Shown here one piece after another: positions 1 through 12,844 of a stretch of 64,000 bases of DNA. The DNA comes from Anthoceros angustus (taxonomy: Eukaryota; Plantae; Anthocerotophyta), in assembly GCA_010909165.1 (NCBI GenBank), contig VJWM01000011.1:558001-622000 (forward strand), in the 5' to 3' direction. The notes under the pieces are model-generated. The model was not told the DNA's origin and ran no database searches. It saw only the letters and a list, made by a program, of their open reading frames with translations. A program made the position numbers and the translations under genes. Each line of letters starts with the position of its first letter. The first letter of the stretch is position 1.

Positions 1-564
1 GCAGGCCAATGGGCGAGCCAGGCGGACGCCGGAAATCTTCGCAGCCAATGGCAGGCGGCGGCCAGTAATCTTGTGCCAGCTTCCGTGTGTGTCGAGGCAA
101 GGCGTGGGGCGGGCCCTGGCGGACAGATAATTTCGGCCTAGACAAAGATTTCGGTTTCGACACCATGTAAATTAGGGCATCCGGAAACGGATAGACTTGG
201 GCACGCTTTTGGGCTTTCTGTTGTTGTTCTACTGTAAGTAGATAAGCATGCATCCACAACCTTGGGATGGGCGTGCACGAGGAAGGTCTCTCAGGACTCC
301 AGGGACTGTGCACTGACCACTGTTTCCTTGTCTGGTAGGGGCCCAGGCTTGCTTGCAGAGCATGCCTCTTTGATGCCCTTCTAGAATATGGGGGAAAGAA
401 GACAAGACACATCTTGTGGTGGTTGTTTTCACTGCCGTCCACAAAGGCCGAGACAGCACAATAATATGTATGTCCGTATGTACATCCTGATGAGTGCGGA
501 CACTAGTATTTCTGGGTTCACTACCCAGGAGGCTGGTTGGGAGGGAGAGTGCTGCAGTACATGT

Positions 565-2571
565 CTAATTAGCTCGAATCTCTGGATGCGACCGCTCTCC
601 GACGGATAGAGCCAAGTCCGTGTCCACGTTGAGAGAGATGTCCAGGGCTTCTACCGAGTGTGTCAAAGCGCCGCTGACGACCACCGAGACAGTGAGGAGG
701 GTTAGTAGTGGGGATCCAAATGTACACGGAGGTGGGCTGTGAGAGCTTGGGAGGAGTACCTCGAAATGAATGTGACCCCGGTTGCTCCAATCTTGTGGAC
801 GGAAGACAAGGTCACGTTGCCAGAAGCCTGATGTTTTTTGGGGGCAATGTCACCTTTGTCAGCTGATGGTCGGCGTAGGGAGGAAGCTGTAACCGCAGAG
901 CAGTGGATGATGAGTTGTACCAACCTCAGTTTCAATCCGCCCGTTGATGAGTTGCAGAGCTTCCTCGAGCATGGATACATCTACATCTCCGTCCGGAAGT
1001 CGGACGACCATGTTGTCCAGCATAATTCGTGTTACTCTTCCTAGTCGCTTGTCTTGGCATTGTAGTACTTCTCTCACTTCATCTAGAGTCCGTGTTTCTA
1101 CCTGCAGGTAGTTAAAGCACGTGAAGAATGACCTGGATCTTCTTCGAGTAGAGATATTGCGTTCGTGCAGAAGCTGATAGACTAATCGCTAAAAATATAC
1201 TACAGCGAATACCTTGAAGTCAGAAGGCCAAAGAAAAGAAGCGGAGTAACTGGCTAGTACCTCGACGCCAATGTCGAGGTTATGTTCCTCGAGGTACTTT
1301 TCGACTGCGGAGATGGCTTGACTTATCCCACCAGCTACAGCAATATGGTTGTCCTTCACCATCACCATGTCAAAGAGGCCCATTCGGTGATTCTCTCCAC
1401 CACCTATCAATACCTGCACTACCTTTCTCAGCTATTCTGTGCTTACATGCTAGAAAGTTTGCACAGGGAGCGAAGTAATTCGTCTGACCGCCCACTTGTC
1501 GATTAGCCTCAAGCCCGGGACAGTCTTCCTCGTTTCCAGGATCCGGGCTGGTTTGGCGGCGTCTACCATCTTCTGCTTATCCACCAACATCAGCAGGACG
1601 CGGATTGAGGGCAGATTTTTGAACAAGGACAAGTGACGGTTTGGAGTACCCTTGTATTAGTGGCAATGCCGCTCATGCGCTGCATGAAGTTGAGCACGAC
1701 TCTCTCCGCCAGAAGAATGCTTCTTGCACTCCCTGCGCATGGCATGTTCTGAGTTCATGACCCAACTTCACCGTGCTCATCAGCACAAGAGCTGCGAGGA
1801 TACATCAACACACCCACCACGTACGACACCAAATTGCTGCCCCTTCCTTATCGAATCCCCATCCTGAGCAGTCCATTCAACCTGCCACTCAGCAAGTTCC
1901 AAATCTTTAGCTCCATGAAGTGACACAATTTGCAGGAAGCAAAGCTCAGTGACGGGCGGCATGTTTCACCTGCAGCTGCTGATCCACCTCCTGGAAAACA
2001 AGATTCGCCATGGCAATGCCAGCTATCACTCCATCAGCTTTAGCCAGGAACTGAGCCTCGGCTTCCACCTCTTGGGAGATGGTGGCCAAGCAGGTAACAT
2101 CACCTGCAGGCGGGAACTAGGTTAAGCAGAAATCATCGTCTTGCTCGGTTGCCACATCCTGAATCCAGAGCAACAGAAAAGGACCTTGATCTCCGGCATC
2201 CTCTGCAAGGGCCAGCTTGATCACATGTTGCAGATCGTACGTTGGGTGAGCAGGAAGAGGAATGGGGGACCTGGGATGCGATGTCTTGGCGCCAGCCTCT
2301 GCAACAATTGAAGCTGAACATCTGCTGCAAAACGCATGATTAGAGGGTAGAGTGCCGCCCCCAGACGGACGTACATCACCACATCGGCTTCCCACCTTAC
2401 AAATTGAGCACGGGATTGCACTTTCGCCGACCAAACCACACGTGGGATAGCAATCGCGTCTGCTCTCCAGTTCGGGAAGCTACCAGAATGCGTCAACAGT
2501 CCGGCCCATTCCTGTTGGTGGAAACCACACTGAGACGTGCACAAGCCTCTTCTCAGAGTCAGCGCCTCCAT
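565..2571 (-). CDS. QPT: Quinolinate phosphoribosyltransferase (nicotinate-nucleotide pyrophosphorylase), multi-exon, with transit-peptide-like N-terminus
   Basis: Exons encode [105 protein letters not shown]; GT-AG introns; stop at 565-567; start codon uncertain. Confidence 0.93.
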
Positions 2572-2979
2572 CCTCGTGCATGAATGCTTTCCGTCTGATT
2601 CCAAACCCCTAGTGCTCCAAAGGAAGGTTGTACAGCGGGCACCTAAAGCAAGGATTGCCCGGACAATATGTTGCATAAACTTCTTCCTCCTTCTTGCAAG
2701 GCTGTAAGCTTCTCGTCACGCAAGCCAAGAGCCAAACCTAGATGTCGCTGCTGGTTTGAGAAATTGCAGTCTCATGCTACACAGGTTTCACAAACGCATA
2801 TTGCAAGTAGCATGAAGTATAAAGCTCGCTCACAGCTAACAGCGGCAGCTACACCCTTGTAAGGCCGGATACCGATGTGTTTCGGCAGATGTGAAAATTC
2901 TCTCGAGGAGTGCATAACAAAACAGTATTCCACCAAAAGAAATGGAGAAACTTAAACAATCACTGGGAACATCGCTTCT

Positions 2980-5922
2980 TCACAATTTCAAAATGGCTGC
3001 ACCCCCGGAGGGTTTTGAAGCAAAGAGATACAGGTCGAGGTCTTCAGGTTTGATGGTTCCGTTTTGGATGAGGGGCTTGTAATACTTCTCCTGCAAAACC
3101 AAGGTTTCTCAGTTAGGAATCGTCTCATCTGCCAAGAGGTGATCCATTAGGTGGGTAAGCATGCCTTCAACGCAGTCTCGAAAGAAGGAACATCATTCTC
3201 CTTCACGAGCGCTACGACACAGCCTCCCCATCCTGCTCCGGTTAGTCTTGCACCCACTGCTCCACTGGCTCGGCAGACTCTCACAAGTTCCTCTAGCTCA
3301 GGACAGCTGACACAGGAACACCGGAAGGGGGTCAGAACCAGAGTCATTTTCATGCTCAAATGAGAGATGCTATAGAGAAAGAGCACCTGCACTCGTACAA
3401 CTGGCTGCAGCTCGTGTGGCTTTTGTTCATAAGGTCACCCAGCCTCTCCAGGATGTCATCCTCACTACGCAGAACCACATAAATGTGACTTGGCAATTTT
3501 AGATGCTTGTTCACACCATCAACTCTAACCAAGGATGACACGAAGCATACCCAGTTGATGCACAAGCAATGAATGTGGAAGCAATGTGATGCCGAGCACT
3601 ACCTGCTACTTAGCTGAACAGCTTTTCGGAACAGGTGGACGCGCTCGGCTTCACAATATACATGAGCTGCCCTCTTAAGTGTTGCCAGGACGATTGAACA
3701 AAAGTATCTTCCTCAGTCACCGCAAACCAGAGATAGCCAAGAGGTGAATTACACTCTGGGACAGGCAATATGTCAATGCTCACCTGGAAAAGCTTGAAGT
3801 CCTTTGCAGCTGAAAGAACTGCTAGAGAGCTTGGCGAAGATGACATGATTGAATCAAGACTTCTTCCCAGGATAGTTTCTAATTCTGCCCTGGTGTAAGG
3901 CTCCTCATGTAGGTTGTCCTGGTAGCAGTAGTAGAATATGAGGACTCCAACATTGTGAGGCAATAACAGATTGATCGTGGGTGGTAAAGACCTTCAAACC
4001 TCATGGAACAGCTGCTTACTTGAACTGCTAGAAGAGCACCTGCAGCACCCCGTGAAGCAGAATAGGACACACAAAGGCCCTCCACATTCGAGAGTGTTTC
4101 CACTGATTTTACTACATCTTCAGCAGACATGCCTAGCTTAACTCCTAGAACCATCTGATTCATCATAACCAGAAATTCAGTGATATCATCCAAAACTTCC
4201 ATACAGGGTGATCACAGCAGAAGTAATGTCGTCCAAAGAAGGATCCGACTTACAGCAGCTAGTCGACACTCGACAACCCGATTGTTATAATTGGTAGCTG
4301 CGGTCACAGCTTTTTTAGATTCTGTGAGAGAATTGGCAATAACAAACGTGCCACCAGATGGAAGCACTACGTCACTTGCATGAATCGGGTCAAAGTCAAT
4401 CAACTTCGCAACCCCACGTCTGGCCATAATGGAAATTGCCTGCGGCAAGGACATCCACACAGTCTGTTACAAAACCATCTGAGTGGTCGATGGAGTGCCT
4501 TGAGGATGCATCGCATCCCGTTCCTCCTCTTGCCACAAACACTCATAGAAATCCTCTGTTCCTGGTCCTTGACGGGTGCTGAAAGTTCAGAACAAGGAAC
4601 TGAAGTTACCTGATCCATGCCACCTGATTGGGTACCAACATGGCGTTCACATTTGCATGCGAATTCTGCAATCTCTTTCTGCCCAAGAACATCGTAACGA
4701 GCTGATCAGAATAAGGAGGGAGGACTTTGAGCGTTTCTTCGGTCCTCCTAATATCATAACGTGGTGGTACAAAACCTTGCTACCATCACATGCGCTAACA
4801 CGCCCCGACATCGTTGCTATCCGTCCTAGCATACCTTTGTAAAAACAAGACTGTGAACAGCTGATATCGAAACCACTGAAGCACAAACTAGCGAAGACGA
4901 ACTGGATAAGCCTGCTCCTGTGCATAAGCTGGCGTGAGGAGGAGATGTAAGAGAGTGCACCTTAGTGAAACTGAGACCTAGCGCTGCCATAATTGCAATT
5001 GCAGAGGAGCACACAATAGCTGCAGAGCTTGATAAACCAGCTCCTGCATGACTTAGATGCGCTATGGCTCAGCTCAAATGCGCACTCCAAAACCAAGAGC
5101 ACGAAACCCCAACAGCAGAAAAGACACAAACCTCGAGGAACAATGCCATCGACCAACAAGTTCAGTCCCTCATACGACCGCCCAAGATCTCTTAGGTGCT
5201 CAAACACACCTATGTACCTGCAGAAGAAAAAACGTCAGGATCACAGACTATCAACCTCTGCAAGCACTGAGACGAGCATTTCCAGAGGACAAGACCAGTC
5301 GCTTACCCACACAGTACATAGTTTGCCCAAACATGGTTCCCTCGATCCACCTCCTACAAACAGAAGGGCCAGCTGTAGACCGCTGTTATACCTCTCAATG
5401 CATGCCGTCCTGTCCCAATAATGCCAAGAAACAAGGAATTTTGCGACAGCAGGTGCCTGCAGACTACGAGAGACCCCCACCTGAAGAGGATCTGCAGGAA
5501 AGGAATAACTCTGGAAGTCGTCAGCCTCAATGTTGGCCACATGCAGCTGCGGGATGTCTTCGTCAGAATACCTGCGCCCGATGGCCACAATGGTGTCGTG
5601 ACGAATTGCCATGGGCAGCACCGAGTATCCCTCATAATCGATATGCTCTCCGATCAAATTCACCCGCCCTGAACTCATCATCACATCTCAGGAACCCTCA
5701 GACACGAACAGGAACATGTCAAAACAAGCATACGGCAGTGGTGGTGTGACAAGCAGCACCTGGCGCTCTTGCAAAAAGCTCAGGCTCCTCCCCGTACATC
5801 TCCTGGAAGCTCTTCTTGAGAATTGCGTACCGCTCCTGCGCGGCCTCCAGCTCGGGCCCTTCCCCGTACACATCCTCCAAGCGGGTGAGGACAGGCACGC
5901 TCTCATCCTCATCCGAAGCCAT
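2980..5922 (-). CDS. GALK: Galactokinase (GHMP kinase), multi-exon
   Basis: Motifs [75 protein letters not shown]-terminus [12 protein letters not shown]. Confidence 0.95.
4835..4917 (-). CDS. Duplicate (alternative) 83-nt GALK exon encoding [28 protein letters not shown]
   Basis: Same length and phase as exon 4961-5043 ([28 protein letters not shown]); flanked by CAG and GTATG; no stop codons. Confidence 0.8.
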
Positions 5923-6049
5923 GGCAGCGCAGAAAAACAAACGCCAAGATCACAGCCCCTCAGAGCACCCGAAGCCCGTGACAGCAGTCTCATAACCCGC
6001 GAACCCAACAACGCGAGGCCCAAAATGGAAGAACCCAACACGCCATTTC

Positions 6050-7335
6050 TGCCGGGTATTCGGAATCGATGGAATCGGATTGCGACGAACCCACGTCAGC
6101 CTTCGGGTAACAACCCACACGCCCGCCAGAGCCTTCCAGGCTACTTTTGTCAGAGGCAGCGCGAGCAGGAAATTTCTGACCTCCGCCATGTCACGTCAGC
6201 TGGAGGTTGAGGCGGCGGAGCAGCCTTTCACGTCCAGTTCAGTCTCTGGAGACTGGGGCGGCTGAAGCTCCCCGCTCCTAGTGCCGGAACAGCACGGGCA
6301 GGCAGAGGCAAGACTGAGGCATTGAGTGGAATCTGCCTACCTAGGACATCCATGATGTGCCTGCTGATGAAGGCATGTACTGGTCGAACAGACCCACCGT
6401 TCTGAAGCCCCGGATGGCTCTGCTCTCCGATTACTCGCAATACGTTGCTCCCTGCTAGCCAATTTCGGCACGCCTTGTCGAGCTTGGTTGAGCTCAATTT
6501 CCAGCCTCCGAGAGGTGGACCATCCAGCAAGTGGAGTCGTGATAGAGCAAGCATAGAGAGGATAATGGTAAGGAAGAGCATGATGGTGAGGAAGAGGATG
6601 ATGGTAAGGGAGAGCATGGACGTGCGGGACTTGCTTCCTGGGGAGGGGGTCCAATTCCGTTGCCGTTGCAAGCGAGGCAGGGTTTGTGAAGCCATCCCCG
6701 TCCCCTTCCAGCTGGAAACAGCAACTGGCTGTTCCTTCTCCATCGTTGTCTGCCTCACTGCTGGCATTGCAACGCACAGCTCCAGCAGAGCTCCAAAAGA
6801 GAGCAAAATCGATAATCGACAAACACTGTGAGGACGATTAGTGTGAGGTTGCTGAAGGCACTGGCCAGTAGGAACCATAGCAGCCGTTGCTCATGCTTCC
6901 CACCCTCTCAAACTTCAGGTTTCCGTCATAGCCATAGCAACCATTTCTCATGCTTCCCACCCTTTCAAGCTTCAGGCTTCCATCACACGACGAGCCGTAA
7001 AACGCTTTGCGGAAAAGGAAACTTCCCAACGATAAACCACAAGTTTCGAACGAACTGAACAGAGGGCAGTCCATACGGTACGCCGGAAGTGATTGATTTT
7101 CTGCCTGCACTGTGGGTTCCTCCTCCTTCTCTGGCCCCTCGACTTAACGGGTTGCAGTTTTCGAGTCTCAAGGTGTGCGATGTTCTTGTTCCCGAGTCGA
7201 AAATTCTGAACTGGAATTCTGTCAATTCTGAGCATAAGTTACCATGTGCTGGAAGACTTTGCAAGTCGGGAGAACTGTGAAACCTTAATTCGGAGGGTGG
7301 AGACTTCGGTGGACAACTTTGATCCCTCGACCACT
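6050..7335 (+). repeat. Diverged duplicate of 39610-40740 (upstream region plus 5' end of the PhyH gene)
   Basis: Colinear matches, e.g. ctccgccatgtcacgt, gagtggaatctgcctacctaggacatcc, gtgctggaagactttgcaagtcgggag. Confidence 0.9.
7112..7335 (+). pseudogene. 5' fragment (exon 1 and part of exon 2) of PhyH-type dioxygenase
   Basis: ATG changed to GTG, in-frame TAA in exon 1, acceptor altered; [29 protein letters not shown] matches the intact gene at 40645. Confidence 0.85.
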
Positions 7336-7803
7336 CGGACAGGACACAAGTGTCCACGAAGCTTTCTGTCTCTGTGACTGCTACCTGTTCGCGCCCTGCG
7401 AAGTCGTCCAACATGGTAGAACCTCCTTCTTCATCAGCTGACCTTAGCAGCCCGAAGTCAACCATGAGCATGCGTGGAAGAAGGTTGCAGGTGCCAATGC
7501 TACAATTCTCCGGTGCAGGTTCAGGTCCAGGTGCAAGTGTCAATGTCCGGGTGAGGTGCAGGTTCCAATACTGCTTTCTCCAGGTGCAGTCCAACCTTGC
7601 TATTCTCCAGCAATTTCCCAGGTCCTAGCACAGCTTCATTGCCCGCTGTCCACCAGCTTTGTAGGCACTGCCATTCACCGTCCAGGTCAGTCCACCAACC
7701 CTGGCCTGGCTGCTGTGGAGGCTGTGGGTTAGGGGGCGTAGCGAGGACGCCGTTGTGAGCGGCCTAGTCTTGTCCATGCCCCTCCGACAGCGGTCCCTGA
7801 ACG

Positions 7804-10800
7804 ATGGCCACAGCGAAGGCTGAAGCTTCTTTTCTTCTCCTTGCACGTCATTGGCTTTCAGGCGGGATCCAACAAATTGGTGTGTGTACAGGGATTCTAC
7901 GAGGAGCTCATGGTAACCTCATCCTAGTGACTCGACCCCTGGCAAGCAAAGCCTCCAGGTGCAGCAGTGTAAGGAGCCCAGCACTTCCAGTTCTGGAAAA
8001 GTGTGTGGGTAGGGACGTGTTTTCCAGCGATGGTCGTTGCCAGGAGCAGGAGCACTTGTGGCAACAATTCTTTCTGGACCCTACCATGTGGTGGGACAAC
8101 AGACGAGATAAGAAGAGCTCCCGTTCTCCTGACTTCCGGCGAAAGGGGTCCGAGGAGCTCCTGCTAACCTCATCTAGGAGTCGACCCCTGGCAAGCAAAG
8201 CCTCAGGTGCAGCAGTGTAAGGAGCCCAGCACTTCCACTTCTGGAAAAGTGTGGGTAGGGACGGTTTTCCAGCGATGGTCGTTGCCAGGAGCAGGAGCAC
8301 TTGTGGCAACAATTTTTCTGGACCCTACCATGTGGTGGGACAACAGACGAGATAAGAAGAGCTCCCGTTCTCGCCTGACTTCCGGCGAAAGGGGTCCGGA
8401 GGTGCTGTGCTTAAACAACATGTTCAAGCCAGCTTGGGTTGATGAGCAGCTCATTTCCTTGGATATGCAGATGGGCCATGGTGCCAGTGTAAGGAGCCCA
8501 GCACTTCCACATCCGATGCGTCATGGTGCCTCTCCTTCCAAGTCCAGGTCTCAGGGTAAGCCTGAACCTGGGAGGCGCTCAGGATCGGTAATGGGCGTCA
8601 TTACTGCTGTTACCGTGAGCACGTTATGCCAGCAGGGGAAGCTATCTGAGGCCGTTGGAGCCCTGGAATCTCTGGCGCACACAGACTCTCCCATTTCTCA
8701 GTCTCTGTTCTACACTGTGCTGAAACTGTGTACAGCCAAGAAGGATTTAGTTGTGGGGCGACGAGTTCATGATCTCATTGTCAAACTTGGGTACGAGTCG
8801 AGTGCATACTTGGGGAACCATATCCTGCGCATGTATGCATGTGGAGGTAGGCTACAGGAGGCTATGGATGTGCTCACCAGGGTCCGCAAACCAGATGCCT
8901 TCATGTGGTCCTCCATAATATCTGCATACGCTAAGCATGGGAGAGCTAAGGAAGCCGTACAACTGTACCATAAGATGCGTTGGTCAGGGGTGAAGGCGGA
9001 TGCTCACGTCTTTGTAGCTGCCCTTCAAGCTTGTGCATTTGCTGCCGACTTGGAATCTGGCAGAAAAGTGCACCATGATGTGGTGCGGAGTGGCATTCCT
9101 ACTAACTTGATTGTTGGCAACTGCTTGGTGGACATGTATGCAAAATGTGGCCAACTGAAAGATGCACGCCAGGTTTTTGACAGCATGGCCACCAAGGATG
9201 TGGTGACATGGACTGCCCTGATATCTGGGTATGCAAAATGTGGTGAACTGGAAGATGCACGCCAGGTTTTTGACAGCATGAACAGAAAGGATGTTGTGAC
9301 GTGGACTGCCCTGATATCTGGGTATGCGCAGCAAGGACGAAGAGGCGCTTGTGTGTATGGACAAATGGAGCAAGAGGGCCTGATTTTGGCTGACCGTTTT
9401 ACTTTTGCTTGTCTTTTGAAGGCCTGTGCAAGCACTGGTGCCTTACAGAAGGGCAGGCAGCTGCACTCACAGATTGTGAAAGAGGACTGCTGGATGACAT
9501 AGTGTGGCAACTGCCTGGTGGACATGTATGCAAAATGTGGTGAACTGGAAGATGCACGCCAGGTTTTTGACAGCATGACAAAGGATGTGGTGACATGGAA
9601 TGCCCTGATTGCTGCAGGGACTCGGCCAAGAGGCGCTTGTGTATGGACAGATGGAGGAGGCAGGCCTTATTTTGGCTAACCATGTTACTTTTGCTTGCCT
9701 TCTGAAGGCCTGTGCAAGCACTGGTGCCTTACAGAAGGGCAGGCAGCTGCACTCACAGATTGTCAAAAGAGGACTGCTGGATAATGTAGTGTTGGGCAAC
9801 TGCGTGGTGGACATGTATGCAAAATGTGGTGAACTGGAAGATGCACGCCAGGTTTTTGACAGCATGGCCGCAAAGGATGTGGTGACATGGAATGCCCTGT
9901 TAGCTGGATATGCACAGCAAGGACTCGGCCAAGAGGCGCTTGTTGTGTATGAACGAATGGAGCAGGAGGGCCTGATTGTGTCTGACCATGTTACTTTTGC
10001 TTGCCTTTTGAAGGCCTGTGGAAGCACTGGTGCCTTACAGAAGGGCAGGCAGCTGCACTCACAGATTGTGAAAGGACTGCTGGATAACGTGTTGGGCAAC
10101 TGCCTGGTGGACATGTATGCAAAATGTGGTGAACTGGAAGATGCACGCCAGGTTTTTGACAGCATGAACACAAAGGATGTGGTGACATGGAATGCCCTGA
10201 TATCTGGGTATGGTACTTGTGATGAAGGTCACAGGCACTAGCTTGTTTTGAGGAGATGTTAGGTTGCCGGTATTCAGCCTAATGATGTTACTTTTACTTG
10301 CCTTTTAGTAGCATGCAGTCATGGGGACTGGTCCACGAGGGTCGCAAGCACTTTGATTCCATGGCTGAACAGCATGGCATCAAACCTACTATTGAGCATT
10401 ATAATTGCATGATTGATCTTCTTGGGCGTGCAGGCCATTTAGATGAGGCAGAGAAGATGCTATTATCATGTGAGGGCCAAAGTAATGTTGTGGGCTTGAC
10501 GTCTTGTTGAATGCCTGCAAAAGTCACGGGATATAGAGAGGGCGATGTGGTGTTTTGAAAGCATTGTTAGGCTGGACCCCCAGCAGGCGTCTGCATATGT
10601 GCTCATGGCCAATGCCTATGCAGATGCAGGCAGGTGGACCGATGTAGACAGGATTGAAACACAGAGAAGGGCAGGCAGGAGCTTACAAGAAGCCTGCATT
10701 GGCGACCATTGAGGTGAATAAGCAGGTACATAGATTTATGGTGGGAGAAAGGAGAGAGGATATTGCGCTTAAGGTAGAGAGCACGAATGCACGTCTGAAG

Positions 10801-11088
10801 CAGGAAGGAGGCCACGTACCTCACACAAGTTGGTGTTGAAGCCACTGTGTGAGAAGGAAAAGGAAGATGCGCTTTGTGGGCATGCTGAGAAGCTAGCTCT
10901 GGCGTTTGGTCTCTTGAACACTGAGTGGGACACCTCTGGTGGTAACGAAGAATCTACGCATGTGCAGTGACTGCCACAGTTCCACGGAGATCATGTCAAG
11001 GCTTGAACAAAGAGACATTGTGGTAAGGGATGGGTACCGTGTGCATCGATTCGCAGCTGGTTGTTGCAGTTGTCAAGGTCGACCGTGA
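7804..11088 (+). CDS. PLS-class PPR protein with N-terminal PDF-like motif and DYW:KP (GRP-type) domain, copy 1; frameshifted as assembled
   Basis: Intronless P-L-S repeats (DVVTWNALLAGY / HVTFACLLKAC / GNCLVDMYAKCG), E1/E2 (HYNCMIDLLGRAG), KPALATIEV, HAEKLALAFGLL, CSDCH, CCSCQGRP*; several 1-2 nt indels (pseudogene or assembly error). Confidence 0.88.
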
Positions 11089-11596
11089 GAAAGATTGGAG
11101 GACTGCACCGAGCTCAAGTGTGTATGCCGAAGAATTTTGCATTTTCTTTCTAGGGTGTATGTGCTTGGTTATCTCCATCCCTGTCCAAACGGACTGTGAA
11201 AGACTGTTTTGAAAGAGGGATTGGACACAACACCTCAGACCCTCTAGCAGATAAGGATTTCAGCTACTTTCTTCGTATTGTTGAGGCTCCAAAAACTTCA
11301 GACTACAGCTTGTGACTTGGACAAGACTCTTAGGGCTTAACGGACACACCTTCGAAGCAACCAACTGCACACAATGACAGCCCACTGATCAGACGTTTGC
11401 CTTTGATGCGGGACAAGGAAAAATGAAGAGTTCCCTAGGTTCTCGGCCTGCGGGCAAAACCTCGGATCACTGTCAACACAACTTTCAGCATACAAGTACA
11501 CGATACACAATACAGATGAGGCCACTTCCCGTACACACACAACTGAGGCAGCATACAACTAGTCTCATGAACAGACGTTGCAGAAGGCCTGCCTTA

Positions 11597-11888
11597 AGCA
11601 GGAAGGAGGCCACGTACCTCACACAAAGTTGGTGTTGAAGCCACTGTGTGAGAAGGAAAAGGAAGATGCGCTTTGTGGGCATGCTGAGAAGCTAGCTCTG
11701 GCGTTTGGTCTCTTGAACACTGAGTGGGACACCTCTGGTGGTAACGAAGAATCTACGCATGTGCAGTGACTGCCACAGTTCCACGGAGATCATGTCAAGG
11801 CTTGAACAGAGAGACATTGTTGTAAGGGATGGGTACCGTGTGCATCGATTCGCAGCTGGTTGTTGCAGTTGTCAAGGTCGACCGTGAG
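11597..11888 (+). pseudogene. Tandem re-copy of DYW:KP 3' end (copy a)
   Basis: KQEGGHVPHTKLVLKP...HAEKLALAFGLLNT...GRP*, near-identical to 10797-11088. Confidence 0.85.
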
Positions 11889-12844
11889 AAAGATTGGAGG
11901 ACTGCACCGAGCTCAAGTGTGTATGCCGAAGAATTTTGCATTTTCTTTCTAGGGTGTATGTGCTTGGTTATCTCCATCCCTGTCCAAACGGACTGTGAAA
12001 GACTGTTTTGAAAGAGGGATTGGACACAACACCTCAGACCCTCTAGCAGATAAGGATTTCAGCTACTTTCGTATTGTTGAGGCTCCAAAACTTCAGACTA
12101 CAGCTTGTGACTTGGACAAGACTCTTAGGGCTTAACGGACACACCTTCGAAGCAACCAACTGCACACAATGACAGCCCACTGATCAGACGTTTGCCTTTG
12201 ATGCGGGACAAGGAAAAATGAAGAGTTCCCTAGGTTCTCGGCCTGCGGGCAAAACCTCGGATCACTGTCAACACAACTTTCAGCATACACGATACACAAT
12301 ACAGATGAGGCCACTTCCCGTACACACACAACTGAGGCAGCATACAACTAGTCTCATGAACAGACGTTGCAGAAGGCCTGCCTTAAGCAGAAACACTTGG
12401 CAACCTCAGGGAGTCTAAAGAGATGAAGTAGGAATCCAAACAATGCTTCCGGCCTAGCTTGGCAAGGGAACCCCCTTGCTCTTATACATCCTCCAGCCAG
12501 ACTTGGCTGATCCTCCAGCTTGGCGGAGGCATGCCTCCCCACACATTGCCCCCATCAAGCCGGACAGAGAGTGCGCGCACTTTTTTGTCCCAAACTTTCC
12601 ATATAACATATCCAATACGCCCTCATATAGTGGCATATGCTATGATACGCTTTTTCAAAAAACTTTCCATACAATATATTCAGTACGTTCTCATGTAGTT
12701 GCATATGCTATGATACGTCAGAACATTCCCTATATTCTTTCCCTCTATGTATATCTTTTTTTATTTAATAAGGGAAAAAATGATGGAAAGAAACCCATCC
12801 AGCAGGGAATAACCAAGGAGGAGTCCGAGGGTCAAGAGGCGATC

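Noticed and set aside
1-120. CCAAT and GC boxes at the window start
   Set aside because: No associated gene visible within the window
4490-4565. Possible additional alternative exon in a long GALK intron
   Set aside because: No recognisable similarity to neighbouring exons; cannot be supported without RNA data
8984-10188. Repetitive minus-strand ORFs (MLSKTWRASSSSPHFAY...)
   Set aside because: Antisense shadows of the PPR repeats
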